Positions 1 to 8,491 of a DNA stretch of 24,418 nucleotides are shown one piece after another. Where the stretch lies: the IMG/VR virus record IMGVR_UViG_3300020042_008368, positions 1-24,418 of that record; one strand, given 5' to 3'. Position numbers and translations under genes: made by a program. The notes beneath the pieces were generated by a model, which ran no database searches, had not been told where the DNA came from, and worked only from the letters and a program-made list of their open reading frames with translations. Source of the stretch: a virus (Duplodnaviria > Caudoviricetes). Position 1 is the stretch's first letter; each line of letters opens with the position of its first letter.

Positions 1-1
1 G

Positions 2-919
2 CATTCCCATCCGTATCTGTGATGCTCTTTTAGAAACAGAAGCGACTGTATCGTAATTATAGAAAGGATAAGGAGATTTATTTATGTAAAATACAGGTTT
101 ACCCATACGGATATTAACAACTCTGTGGATTGCTTTAATCATAAGCTCGATCAAATCAGCAGCCGAAGACTTAGCAACCAAGTTAGAGATGTCGATGTTA
201 GGGATACGAACTACGTATCTCCAGTCCTTAAGAGCTACGCCGCACTTCCATTTCCATTGATCCCGGAATGCACGCATTCTGTTTCCAGCAATACCCGCAG
301 TGGTTTCAACAGTCTCTTCACCAAGATCCATATGCTCTAAACCAGCCTTAGAACCTTTAGGGAAAATACCGTGGACAGTTTGATCGCCCCAGCAAACAAG
401 CCAGATCGAGCTGTTATCAGAACCAGAACCAGAACCGCTTACGATGTTCTGACCGTTAGCAGCCGACAAGCTAGAAAAGCGAGCAGCAAGACCAGTGAAT
501 TCTTCGGGAGCAGTAGAGCTGTTACCGTAGAAAAGGGTCTGTGCCATTTCGATATTCATAGACTCAATGAATGCGCGTGCTTCAGAAAGACGGAAAGCAG
601 CAGCGTTGCCGTTAAGCTTTGCAAGCTCAACATCAACTTCGCTCCATGCTTCAAGCATGCCACAAGCTTCATCGATTTGTGCAGTGGTAGACTTCGAAGG
701 TTGAACACCTTGGTTTAGAAGTCTCCATGCTACAGTAGGAAGACCAGTTCGCACAGTGGTACGGTGACCAGTGGGAAGGTTGCCTTCTACGAAAAGCATG
801 TCTGCTAAGATCTCGTTAGTCTGCGAAAGAAGTTCCACGATCTTAGGAACCTTTCCGTCGGGATCAAGGCGCTTCGCCCAATCCGCAAGTGTTAATGCGT
901 TACTACCTAATGTTGCCAT
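2..919 (-). CDS. Major capsid protein, BPP-1 Bbp17-like. Missed by the ORF track; genuine sequence appears to stop at the inversion junction near 84-88
   Basis: Hand translation from ATG at 919 (RBS AAGGAG upstream): MATLGSNALTLADWAKRLDPDGKVPKIVELLSQTNEILADMLFVEGNLPTGHRTTVRTGLP...FRLSEARAFIESMN...IWLVCWG...GIFPKGSKAGL...DWRYVVRIPNID...GKPVFY. It follows the scaffold gene and has no stop before the window edge. Confidence 0.93.
   Translation of the reverse strand, partial: MATLGSNALTLADWAKRLDPDGKVPKIVELLSQTNEILADMLFVEGNLPTGHRTTVRTGLPTVAWRLLNQGVQPSKSTTAQIDEACGMLEAWSEVDVELAKLNGNAAAFRLSEARAFIESMNIEMAQTLFYGNSSTAPEEFTGLAARFSSLSAANGQNIVSGSGSGSDNSSIWLVCWGDQTVHGIFPKGSKAGLEHMDLGEETVETTAGIAGNRMRAFRDQWKWKCGVALKDWRYVVRIPNIDISNLVAKSSAADLIELMIKAIHRVVNIRMGKPVFYINKSPYPFYNYDTVASVSKRASQIRMGM
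3..56 (+). other. Inverted 3' end of the major capsid gene (IPIRICDALLETEATVS*), followed by an RBS and the start of the next gene
   Basis: The + strand translation matches the C-terminal pattern I recall for BPP-1-type capsids (GIP.R..DALL.TEA.V*). After it come AAGGAG (70-75) and ATG (84-86). Confidence 0.8.
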
Positions 920-928
920 TTAAACTCC

Positions 929-1609
929 TTAACTATCCCCATAGAATACGTTCTCTAGGGGTTTTGTTTTTCCTATTTGGGCCTTAGACAAAACCATTTT
1001 GTCATCAGCCATTGCGTTTCCGATACGCGCGAATACTCTGAGCAGCTCTGGATGATTGCCGTAACCAGTTTGTTTCAAGATCTCCTTGAACTCTGGCGTG
1101 GCAAACTTATCGACAACTCGCTTAGCGGACTCGGCACTTGCTGAGAATTTATCCCCACCAACTTCCTTGTCTGATTTGCATTGCTCAAACCATTCTGTGC
1201 GTAGTCCCTCGAGAGTTGCCTCCTGAGCCTGAACATAATCAGCGACAGATTTTGCTTCTCGTTCCAACATTGCCTGAGCTTGCTCCTGGGTAAGATTCTT
1301 TTCTCTGGCATATGCCTCAAGTTCTTTCAGGTGCTCGGCGGTCAGAAGAGCGTTTTCAGGAAGCTTGAGCTCTAATGGCTTTGCTTCTTTGTCCTCTGTC
1401 TTGGTTTGTTCTGCAGGTTTCTCTTCGGGCTTTGCTTCTTTAGAAGCTTCTTTTGACGGCTCAGTTTTTTGCGTATCTCCATTTACAGGAGCCTCGGCTT
1501 TAGCCTCTGAGTTTGCGCCATAGAAAGTCTCTTGAAGCTTTTGTTCTACAGCGGCAGCAGTTTCAGGTGTTGCTTGTTGCTGACTGTCGCTAATAACTTC
1601 TTCAGACAT
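929..1609 (-). CDS. Capsid scaffolding/assembly protein (Bbp18-like)
   Basis: Lies directly upstream of the capsid gene. It has a low-complexity E/K/P/A-rich N-terminus, a coiled-coil middle and C-terminal TGYGNHPELLRVFARIG. Confidence 0.8.
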   Translation of the reverse strand: MSEEVISDSQQQATPETAAAVEQKLQETFYGANSEAKAEAPVNGDTQKTEPSKEASKEAKPEEKPAEQTKTEDKEAKPLELKLPENALLTAEHLKELEAYAREKNLTQEQAQAMLEREAKSVADYVQAQEATLEGLRTEWFEQCKSDKEVGGDKFSASAESAKRVVDKFATPEFKEILKQTGYGNHPELLRVFARIGNAMADDKMVLSKAQIGKTKPLENVFYGDS

Positions 1610-1922
1610 TGTCTGTTTCTCCTTTTGATTCGTTCATTATTTTTATATATGCCATCGGATCTGCATCATTGAGATCGGCTAGCATCTTAAGACCAACGTT
1701 ACGTTGTCCCTCTAAATAGAATGTCTGCGAGTTTCCAGTAAAGGATGTGCGGAACACGCCACAGAAATCTAAGTACTTCCAAAAAAACCTACGCCCCTGG
1801 GGGCTGGCTAAAATATATTTAATGTCATCAAGCTCATAGTCGCGTTTGCGCTTTTGCTTTCCTTCAGCAGACTTTACCTGCTCTTCATTAGCGGCATTCT
1901 TAACTAGAGCTTTGTCTTTCAA
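1602..1922 (-). CDS. Conserved small head-module protein (Bbp19-like)
   Basis: Motif ILASPQGRRFFW...TSFTGNSQTFYLEGQRNVGL; position between portal and scaffold. Confidence 0.7.
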   Translation of the reverse strand: MKDKALVKNAANEEQVKSAEGKQKRKRDYELDDIKYILASPQGRRFFWKYLDFCGVFRTSFTGNSQTFYLEGQRNVGLKMLADLNDADPMAYIKIMNESKGETDNV

Positions 1923-1923
1923 A

Positions 1924-2751
1924 TCAAACCTCAGTAACTACTATCGCTAATCCTTGAAGAGCGATGTCAGTGAGTGCTGCGGTTGTTCCAGTAAGCACGA
2001 AATAAAAAGTCTCATCTGCGCCTACAACTTCGGTAAGATCGGTCTTGCCGGCATTTGTAGAAGAGATAATAGTGTCTGCTGCTACAGAGAGTTGTGTAAT
2101 AGATCCAACGCTTGCATCAGTTACGTCTGCTGCAACCGAAGTAAGTTTCCTTAAATCGATATCTAGAGTAGCCGTATTTCCTGCAGATTCGATCTGACCA
2201 ATCCCATGGAAAGAAGTAATCGTATCGCCCACCTTAAGGAATGGTACTGGGACAACAAGCTTTGAAGCAGTTTGAGAAGCGGCAAGAGTAGCCATCAGCC
2301 CAGTGTTTACAGCGCCTCCACCAAGCGTCCATCCTGCGGTGCCACCAATCTTAGCGCCGGTATTTATAATTCTTTTCTGAGAAGGACGCTTAACAGTAGC
2401 AACCCCACCGCTTGTTACCTTGAACAAAGAGCTACCGTCTTCACCAAAGAATTCTTGAATCGGTTTATCAACATTAAGAAGCTGAGTAACAATTGTCCCA
2501 GAGGAATATACCGAACATCGAAAGCGATAAGAAGATTGTCCCTGGTTAACTCCAGGAGCTTGGATGAGACCGGATCCGGCAGCGGTAAAAGTAAGGACAG
2601 GCGCATAGTTAGTCGATCCCTTGTTAGCTCTCTCTAGAACAATTGTTCCCGAGAAAGTTCCTGAGACCGAATAAGTAAACTGCGCACCATTAGCTACCGA
2701 TATATTTGTACCAGAACCTACTGCCGAAAAACTCTTATCTACCTGAGACAT
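1924..2751 (-). CDS. Hypothetical beta-rich protein, probably virion-associated
   Basis: 275 aa, G/S/T/A/V-rich, good RBS (AAGGAG), embedded in the head operon right after portal. Confidence 0.6.
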   Translation of the reverse strand: MSQVDKSFSAVGSGTNISVANGAQFTYSVSGTFSGTIVLERANKGSTNYAPVLTFTAAGSGLIQAPGVNQGQSSYRFRCSVYSSGTIVTQLLNVDKPIQEFFGEDGSSLFKVTSGGVATVKRPSQKRIINTGAKIGGTAGWTLGGGAVNTGLMATLAASQTASKLVVPVPFLKVGDTITSFHGIGQIESAGNTATLDIDLRKLTSVAADVTDASVGSITQLSVAADTIISSTNAGKTDLTEVVGADETFYFVLTGTTAALTDIALQGLAIVVTEV

Positions 2752-2787
2752 ATTTTAAAAACTCCTTTTGTTTAAACTTATTAAAAC

Positions 2788-4533
2788 TCATCCGCCCTCA
2801 ACAAGGGAGCCGGCATTAGCCTGCGATAGCATCCTTGTAAGAGCCGTATCTTTATCCATGGGTATCTCACTAATTTGTTTTGCAGCATTGGCCTGAGCCA
2901 TCATCTGTTGATTCTGTTGCTCGGCTGCCGCAGCATCCGCACGCTGAGACCGAATGTCTGCAACTTCTTCATCACTTCGAATAATTCCAGGAGGAAGACT
3001 AAGGATGTCACCATAGACATCAATCATTTGGTCAGCGTTCACCTTGTCTAAAACTTTAGGGTCAGCGCTAGCTGCTTGTCCGATAAATCCTGCAAAGCGC
3101 TCAATGCCGCCAATGCCAACAAGCTTCTGCGCCTGGGCCATAACAGATATGTAATCAACCTTAAGAGAGATGCCTTGTATTTCTTCAGGCGGAGGAGGAA
3201 CGTTGCCTTGCTTAACCATGATATCAAACGCAACATCGATCAAAGGATCTAGAAGATCTTGATTGAGTTGCTCTAATACTGGGCCAAGAGCGAGTAGCTT
3301 TTCTTCATGTCTCTCGTCGATCTCACGAGCGGTGATCTGACGTCTGTCAGAACTAGCTAGCATAAGAAACAAATCTTCAAAGAAAGATCTCTGTATGCGG
3401 CCACGAACCTGAGCTTGCTTTGATTCAAGTGCATTGATGTCGAAGCGGGTTTCATGCGCGGGCCGAAAGCCATCGCCGTTTTGAGAGGCATCAAGATAAG
3501 TAATATCTCCAGGCAAGATAGATGCCTTAGAGTTTCTAAGAGACGAAGGTCCAGTCATCGGTGGGTTGATCATCTTATCGATGGCCTGCATCCCACGACG
3601 CTCGCCGAGTTGAAGTTGTTTAACATCTCCAAGAGCGATCATCCCAGGACAGTCTGTCCCATAGACATCTTCTCCAACGAGCTCCCACCTAGGGCAGAGT
3701 ACAGGAAAGTAATCATATCCTTTTTCAGATAACAGTTGATCACCTTCAGTTGAGAACGAAGAGCGTCCGCTCTCAGCACCACGCTCGTAATAACAAGATA
3801 AGAATTTCTTATACTTTGATTCTAGCTTGCGTGGATCGTGATCGGGATTGGGCATGATGACATGAGTGACTTCAATCCACTCCTCAAGCTGGCCCGCATC
3901 CCACATGTTTCGCACATGAGTTGAGAACACAGACCAATCTATTTGATTATTGTTTTCTTCTGCGCCGCCGAACTTTCCAATGAGTTGTCTCACCGTTAGT
4001 TGGAACTCGCGCATGAATACGTTGACCTTAAGCTTCTCGTCGTTAGCAATGTAGTAGCTTCCGATTGGAAAGGGATAGGCTCTAATGCCGTCTTGAAGAT
4101 CTTCTTCAATGGCCATCGCGGCGGTCCCGAATACTCCGATGTCCCCATATACAATTGGAAGAACGTTATAGAGATTAGACTTTAGGAACATGTTGCTCAT
4201 GCGTGAAGAGACTTCATGGAGCCATGTCTTAACGGTTGAGATTTCATTTAGACCTGGGTCAGGAGTTTGTAATCTAAACCAAGGACGAGCAGGAGAAGTA
4301 ACTCCGCTCATCATACCAGAACGAAGAGTGCGAACAGCCATTGTGGCAGTCGCATCTATTATGTTTTGGTTTCTTCTATCACCTGAGTTTACATCAGAAA
4401 CTGTGAAGCGAGATCTGCGAGGCAAGATAAAATCAGAGAGCTGTCTCCAGTGTTGAACAAAAGTAGAGCGTTCATTATCAAGCTGAGATCTTAGAACTTC
4501 GAAATGAGTTCTCTTAGATTCGTATTTACCCAT
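2788..4533 (-). CDS. Portal (head-to-tail connector) protein, T7 gp8/BPP-1 Bbp21 family
   Basis: 581 aa with motifs GMMSGVTSPARPWF, DIGVFGTA, RWELVGEDVYG..PG, ITAREIDERHEEKLLALGPVLEQLNQDLLDPLI. Confidence 0.95.
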   Translation of the reverse strand: MGKYESKRTHFEVLRSQLDNERSTFVQHWRQLSDFILPRRSRFTVSDVNSGDRRNQNIIDATATMAVRTLRSGMMSGVTSPARPWFRLQTPDPGLNEISTVKTWLHEVSSRMSNMFLKSNLYNVLPIVYGDIGVFGTAAMAIEEDLQDGIRAYPFPIGSYYIANDEKLKVNVFMREFQLTVRQLIGKFGGAEENNNQIDWSVFSTHVRNMWDAGQLEEWIEVTHVIMPNPDHDPRKLESKYKKFLSCYYERGAESGRSSFSTEGDQLLSEKGYDYFPVLCPRWELVGEDVYGTDCPGMIALGDVKQLQLGERRGMQAIDKMINPPMTGPSSLRNSKASILPGDITYLDASQNGDGFRPAHETRFDINALESKQAQVRGRIQRSFFEDLFLMLASSDRRQITAREIDERHEEKLLALGPVLEQLNQDLLDPLIDVAFDIMVKQGNVPPPPEEIQGISLKVDYISVMAQAQKLVGIGGIERFAGFIGQAASADPKVLDKVNADQMIDVYGDILSLPPGIIRSDEEVADIRSQRADAAAAEQQNQQMMAQANAAKQISEIPMDKDTALTRMLSQANAGSLVEGG

Positions 4534-4538
4534 TTAAA

Positions 4539-4925
4539 TCACGAGCCCAGTAATGTTTTTTTTGAGGTTTGAGCTTGCGAAGTTACGCCTAATGGAGATG
4601 TCAAGATCGTATCCGATCTTCCACCGGCAGCAGCGGCAAGTGCCTTCTGACGTTTACGTGCTTTAGCTTGTTCGCTATCGGGATTGCTTTCGTCTTCTTC
4701 TAGCTTTTGGTCAGCAGTTTGAGCTGCTAGGTCGGCGTTCATTTTATCGAGCTGCTCTTGCTGAGCTTTAGCTGCTGCTTCTGCTTCTCTTCGTGCTTTT
4801 TCGGCTGGCTCGTTGAGTTTATCTAAGCCCTTTTTACCGGCATAACGATATGCTTCCGAAGCTCCGACGGTAGCCACACCTGCCCCTACTCGCGCGATGT
4901 TTGAGACATTGCTGCTTGATCCCAT
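4539..4925 (-). CDS. Small virion-associated protein upstream of portal
   Basis: A/Q/K-rich, ending in GRSDTILTSPLGV...KKTLLGS, the typical ending of the small pre-portal protein in this phage type. RBS GGAGG. Confidence 0.65.
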   Translation of the reverse strand: MGSSSNVSNIARVGAGVATVGASEAYRYAGKKGLDKLNEPAEKARREAEAAAKAQQEQLDKMNADLAAQTADQKLEEDESNPDSEQAKARKRQKALAAAAGGRSDTILTSPLGVTSQAQTSKKTLLGS

Positions 4926-4953
4926 TTTTAGAAAGCCCTCCGAAGATGCCTAA

Positions 4954-4962
4954 ATGATAACA
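4954..4962 (-). promoter_or_regulatory. Putative extended -10 promoter (TGtTATCAT) for the portal/head genes
   Basis: Intergenic, about 30 nt upstream of ATG 4925. No good -35. Confidence 0.4.
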
Positions 4963-4988
4963 CGTCAAACATTTTATTTAGATAGACG

Positions 4989-5438
4989 TTAAATCTTATC
5001 GAGACGCCTAGCGTAAAGGGTATCTTGTAATTCATATCCGAGACGTGTAAGCGTCTTCGAGAAATCACACTTCGTACTTACCGCATGCATGACCATCTGC
5101 ACTCCCTCTGACTTCAGCTCTCTATCGCACCTGTCAATAAACATGTAACCAAACCCTCTGTATTCTGGTTTGACATAGAGAACATCTTGAAGAGCATGCT
5201 TATAATTTTTGTAATGAAGAGAATTGTGGACAAAGAATAAAGCATATCCGGCAAGCTTGCCTTCGACATCTCGAACGGTGAACAAACGAATCACATCCGC
5301 ATCGTCGAGTGCTGCGTAAGCATCCTTATCTATGTTGAGCATGAAGTCGGATTGCTTTTCAATCTCTAGGAAATGATCTTCGAGTAGCGGGATAGCCTCA
5401 TCGATAACATCAACAAATCTCTCACGCTTGAATCTCAC
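4989..5438 (-). CDS. GNAT-family acetyltransferase
   Basis: GKLAGYALFF beta strand and DVLYVKPEYRGFG, resembling acetyl-CoA binding motif A. Confidence 0.8.
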   Translation of the reverse strand: MRFKRERFVDVIDEAIPLLEDHFLEIEKQSDFMLNIDKDAYAALDDADVIRLFTVRDVEGKLAGYALFFVHNSLHYKNYKHALQDVLYVKPEYRGFGYMFIDRCDRELKSEGVQMVMHAVSTKCDFSKTLTRLGYELQDTLYARRLDKI

Positions 5439-5637
5439 CGCTGTCTAAACTCCTAAGCCTATTATACTCGGTAATTATTTCAGGGAATCTCTTCGCAAAT
5501 TCTTCAGCAGAAATATCTTCGGCTTCCATGTGAGCTCTAATTTCTTTAGTTATCTCGACAAGTTTTTGACGGCGCTCTTGCTTAGCTTGATCTAGCGGAG
5601 GGAGATCTAGCCGATTGAATTTAGATTTCCAGTTCAT
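5422..5637 (-). CDS. Hypothetical protein
   Basis: 71 aa, overlapping terL stop (ATGA coupling) and the GNAT start. Confidence 0.65.
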   Translation of the reverse strand: MNWKSKFNRLDLPPLDQAKQERRQKLVEITKEIRAHMEAEDISAEEFAKRFPEIITEYNRLRSLDSGEIQA

Positions 5638-7064
5638 TTCTTTCTATCCTCGAATGGGTTGTAGTCGTACTGCATTGTATTCTGTTTAAAGAGAAGCTTG
5701 TTATCTAGAGTTTGAGCAGGTTGGTCAGCGATAGCGAACGTGCAAGCAAGTGCGTCACTCAAGTCAGTCGAGAACCCAAGCCTTTCTTTGATTGCTTCTT
5801 TAGGTTCAATAAGAAACTTTCCAGCAGCAGTGAATGTGTATGTTGGAGATGTGAGCTCTCTTGCAAGCTCTGGAATATCAGGCAGGCAGCCGCCGCGTTT
5901 CACCCACTCAGCCATCATAAACCACATCTCAGCACGCTTGTTGTGGTAGCGATTGTCCATTGGCTTACCTGCAAACTGTACCTCGATTGGATTTAGTCCT
6001 TGAGCTCTAAGGAAATCGACGACACCGGATCCATATCCACCCGTTGCGTCTATGAGCTCTACTTCAGAGCCCCACTTAGACTTAGCTTGAGCCACGCGTG
6101 CAGCGACCTCATTAGATGTGGCGCCTCGCATCTCTACTGGCTTAAAGGAAGCAAGTCCTTGGCGAGGGAAGATCACAGACTTGTCGTCACCGAAACGCGC
6201 AACGTCAACGCCGAGCCGCTTCTGTGACCACGAGTATTTATCTTCTGTGATGTGTCGTTTCATGGCCGCATAGACTTCGTCTGGACCAAGCAGGCTATTG
6301 ATAGATGAGGGCGGGAACTTACCGAACACGTTGACGAGAACAAACGGGGAGTCTTTCCCGTACTTATCTATCTGTTCTTTAGCCCATTGAATTGACACGC
6401 GAGCAGCACGCTTAGGGTCGCCTGGGTCTGATGTGATTTCTTTTACAAACCAAAGCTGTCGCTCGGATGTGCACGCTCTATATAAAGGGCCCTCTAAATG
6501 AGTAGGGTTACCGGCCATGACTATCTTAGTTTCTTTACCTGTAGATAGACCTGCTTCGGCTGCGGCCATCACGGCGTCAGGAATACCGCCGACTTCATCG
6601 AGCACAAACATAAGATAGTCGGCATGAAGTCCAGCAAGAGTGTCGGCTTGTTGATTAGAGTCAGCACCTTTAGGCCATGTTCGTGCAGACATCCACCATT
6701 GCTCGGGACTTTCGTTGGCAAATATGCGTGTCTTAGTCCAAGTGAACTGAGACTTTAATAGCTCAGACTTGTGCATCCATTTAGCCATCTCAGGCCACAG
6801 ACCATCGGATAAGTTGTCAGAGGTGATTGATGTGGCAGCGATCTTTGGATGCGGACGAGTCAGAAGGAAGTTCCAACAAAGCCAGGCAAGTATTGTAGTT
6901 TTACCTACGCCCTTACTCGCCTTCATTGCGATGCGCTGGTTATCTTTAAAGTTATCGAGGACGTCTAGCTGCCAAGCATCTGGCTCAATAGCAAACACAT
7001 CACGCACGAATTGCGCTGGGTTGTTTCGCCATAAGCGTATTTTATTTATCGCTGCCTGACTCAC
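5634..7064 (-). CDS. terL: Terminase large subunit
   Basis: Walker A-like KASKGVGKT, Walker B FVLDE, coupling motif AGNP, nuclease motifs LGVDVARFGDD and DLSDA. Confidence 0.95.
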   Translation of the reverse strand: MSQAAINKIRLWRNNPAQFVRDVFAIEPDAWQLDVLDNFKDNQRIAMKASKGVGKTTILAWLCWNFLLTRPHPKIAATSITSDNLSDGLWPEMAKWMHKSELLKSQFTWTKTRIFANESPEQWWMSARTWPKGADSNQQADTLAGLHADYLMFVLDEVGGIPDAVMAAAEAGLSTGKETKIVMAGNPTHLEGPLYRACTSERQLWFVKEITSDPGDPKRAARVSIQWAKEQIDKYGKDSPFVLVNVFGKFPPSSINSLLGPDEVYAAMKRHITEDKYSWSQKRLGVDVARFGDDKSVIFPRQGLASFKPVEMRGATSNEVAARVAQAKSKWGSEVELIDATGGYGSGVVDFLRAQGLNPIEVQFAGKPMDNRYHNKRAEMWFMMAEWVKRGGCLPDIPELARELTSPTYTFTAAGKFLIEPKEAIKERLGFSTDLSDALACTFAIADQPAQTLDNKLLFKQNTMQYDYNPFEDRKK

Positions 7065-7458
7065 TCTCGCCAGACTTTACCACAAGATCGGTAAGGGTAA
7101 CCTTGTTGGTAACTTCTTGTTCTGATTTTTCTTTCCATCCAATTTGATTCTTTAGTCTAAAGATATGGAGACCAGTGTTGATCTTGTAAGTCTCTGCGTC
7201 TGATACGCTTGTGACTGTGAAGTTTTCAAGGTTGTATAATAATTTCATGCGCCCCTGGTCATGAGCATCCGAAAAGTCTTTGTTATCTTCTTTCCATTGA
7301 TACAGAGTTGCTCTAGATACGCCGACCTTTGGATGTCCCGCGAAAGATTCAAAGCTCATTCCTCGATCCATGTGTTCTAAAAGAAGCTGACAGTATTCTG
7401 GTTTGTATGTAGTCGGTCTTCCGAAGGGTTCTTTACGCGGCTTCCCATTCTTCTTCAT
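7042..7458 (-). CDS. terS: Terminase small subunit
   Basis: GRPTTYKPEYC motif followed by an HTH-like segment (GVSRATLYQW); overlaps the terL start. Confidence 0.8.
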   Translation of the reverse strand: MKKNGKPRKEPFGRPTTYKPEYCQLLLEHMDRGMSFESFAGHPKVGVSRATLYQWKEDNKDFSDAHDQGRMKLLYNLENFTVTSVSDAETYKINTGLHIFRLKNQIGWKEKSEQEVTNKVTLTDLVVKSGESESGSDK

Positions 7459-7465
7459 GCATACG

Positions 7466-7474
7466 ATTATAGCA
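7466..7474 (-). promoter_or_regulatory. Consensus extended -10 promoter TGcTATAAT, positioned for a leaderless terS mRNA
   Basis: TATAAT at 7471-7466 is followed by 7 nt and then the terS ATG (7458). There is no Shine-Dalgarno. Confidence 0.6.
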
Positions 7475-7495
7475 TGAGGTACACTTTGTTAATCA

Positions 7496-7942
7496 ATGTC
7501 AATGGTAAAACACAGGAAGTCTGTTGGTCTTAAGGCAAAGCGTAGCGGAGATGCTTTCGAGCGAGAGATCATGATGCGGTGTGGGCTTGAGCGAGTTGGA
7601 TGCATAAGGATTCCTAATGGGTGCAAATGGATAAGTGGGACCAAGGTTGTTCCGGTGAAGAGTCCATTTGATTTCATCATGGTCTATGAGGGGAAGATTG
7701 CCTTTATAGATACGAAGGTAAGGGGCGCAGATAGGCTTAGCTTTAGCGATCTAGAGCCACACCAACTAAGGGCCTTGAGGTTAGCTACCGATACAACAGA
7801 GGCCATTGGAGGTTATCTGTGCAAGCTTAGTGGTGTGATGTGCTTTTTTTCTATTGAGCAACTTTGTAATCTAGAACGCCATGAGAGCTTGAGAATCGAG
7901 GATGGGTTAGCCATCTCCAACATGCGTGACTTCTTGTCTTAG
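7496..7942 (+). CDS. RecU-like Holliday junction resolvase (PD-(D/E)XK nuclease)
   Basis: G..FE motif (SGDAFE), KSPFDFIMVYEGKIAFIDTK and a downstream HQ motif. Confidence 0.75.
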   Translation: MSMVKHRKSVGLKAKRSGDAFEREIMMRCGLERVGCIRIPNGCKWISGTKVVPVKSPFDFIMVYEGKIAFIDTKVRGADRLSFSDLEPHQLRALRLATDTTEAIGGYLCKLSGVMCFFSIEQLCNLERHESLRIEDGLAISNMRDFLS

Positions 7943-8006
7943 AGTTTACGTTTTCTTCTACGTAACTTAACTTGTTTCAGCCTGCTACACAGCGCATCAT
8001 ATTAGT

Positions 8007-8423
8007 ATGAAGGTGGGTCTTATGAAACTAAGCATGATGGTAGCAGTGATCTCTTTAGTGGCTTTTGCATCTTGTAAGGAAGACGATAAGGCTTTTGGTC
8101 CAAGCCAAGAGCAACAAGCCATCATTGTGTTTGGGACATCGATATCTGTTTTTGAAAGCATGTGGGGAGTCCCCGATGTGCGATTTAAAAACAAGAGCGG
8201 TGAGCAGGTGTATCTCTATGACGCACCTATGTGGAAAGCTTTCATTTTCTCTAAGGCTACTCATGAACTAGTTGGGCATTGCGATACTACAATGGAGACC
8301 GTTAACCATCGAGCAAGAATCTGTGCTCCCAAAGGGTCCTCTGATATCGAGACATACTTTGACCATGATGCACACATTAAAAGTTTATCGAAGGCGATCT
8401 TGCCTAGAAAAACTAAGAAGTAA
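8007..8423 (+). CDS. Putative lipoprotein (start may be 8022)
   Basis: Hydrophobic signal ending in lipobox-like FASC. The segment GTSISVFESMWGVPD...YLY resembles SmpA/BamE-like folds (inference). Confidence 0.6.
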   Translation: MKVGLMKLSMMVAVISLVAFASCKEDDKAFGPSQEQQAIIVFGTSISVFESMWGVPDVRFKNKSGEQVYLYDAPMWKAFIFSKATHELVGHCDTTMETVNHRARICAPKGSSDIETYFDHDAHIKSLSKAILPRKTKK

Positions 8424-8451
8424 ACCCGGATAAACTTAGTATAAGTATAAG

Positions 8452-8491
8452 TTATCCACATAAAACACACAGTTATCCACATTGTGGATAA
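8452..8491. promoter_or_regulatory. Three perfect DnaA boxes
   Basis: TTATCCACA at 8452-8460 and 8473-8481, and TGTGGATAA at 8483-8491. They are intergenic and followed by an AT-rich tract to about 8560. Confidence 0.85.

Noticed and set aside
125-718. Plus-strand ORFs 125-340 and 371-718
   Set aside because: Antisense shadows of the capsid gene, with no RBS or protein-like features.
1954-7059. Plus-strand and alternate-frame ORFs overlapping the head and terminase genes
   Set aside because: They lie fully within well-supported minus-strand genes and are treated as shadow ORFs.
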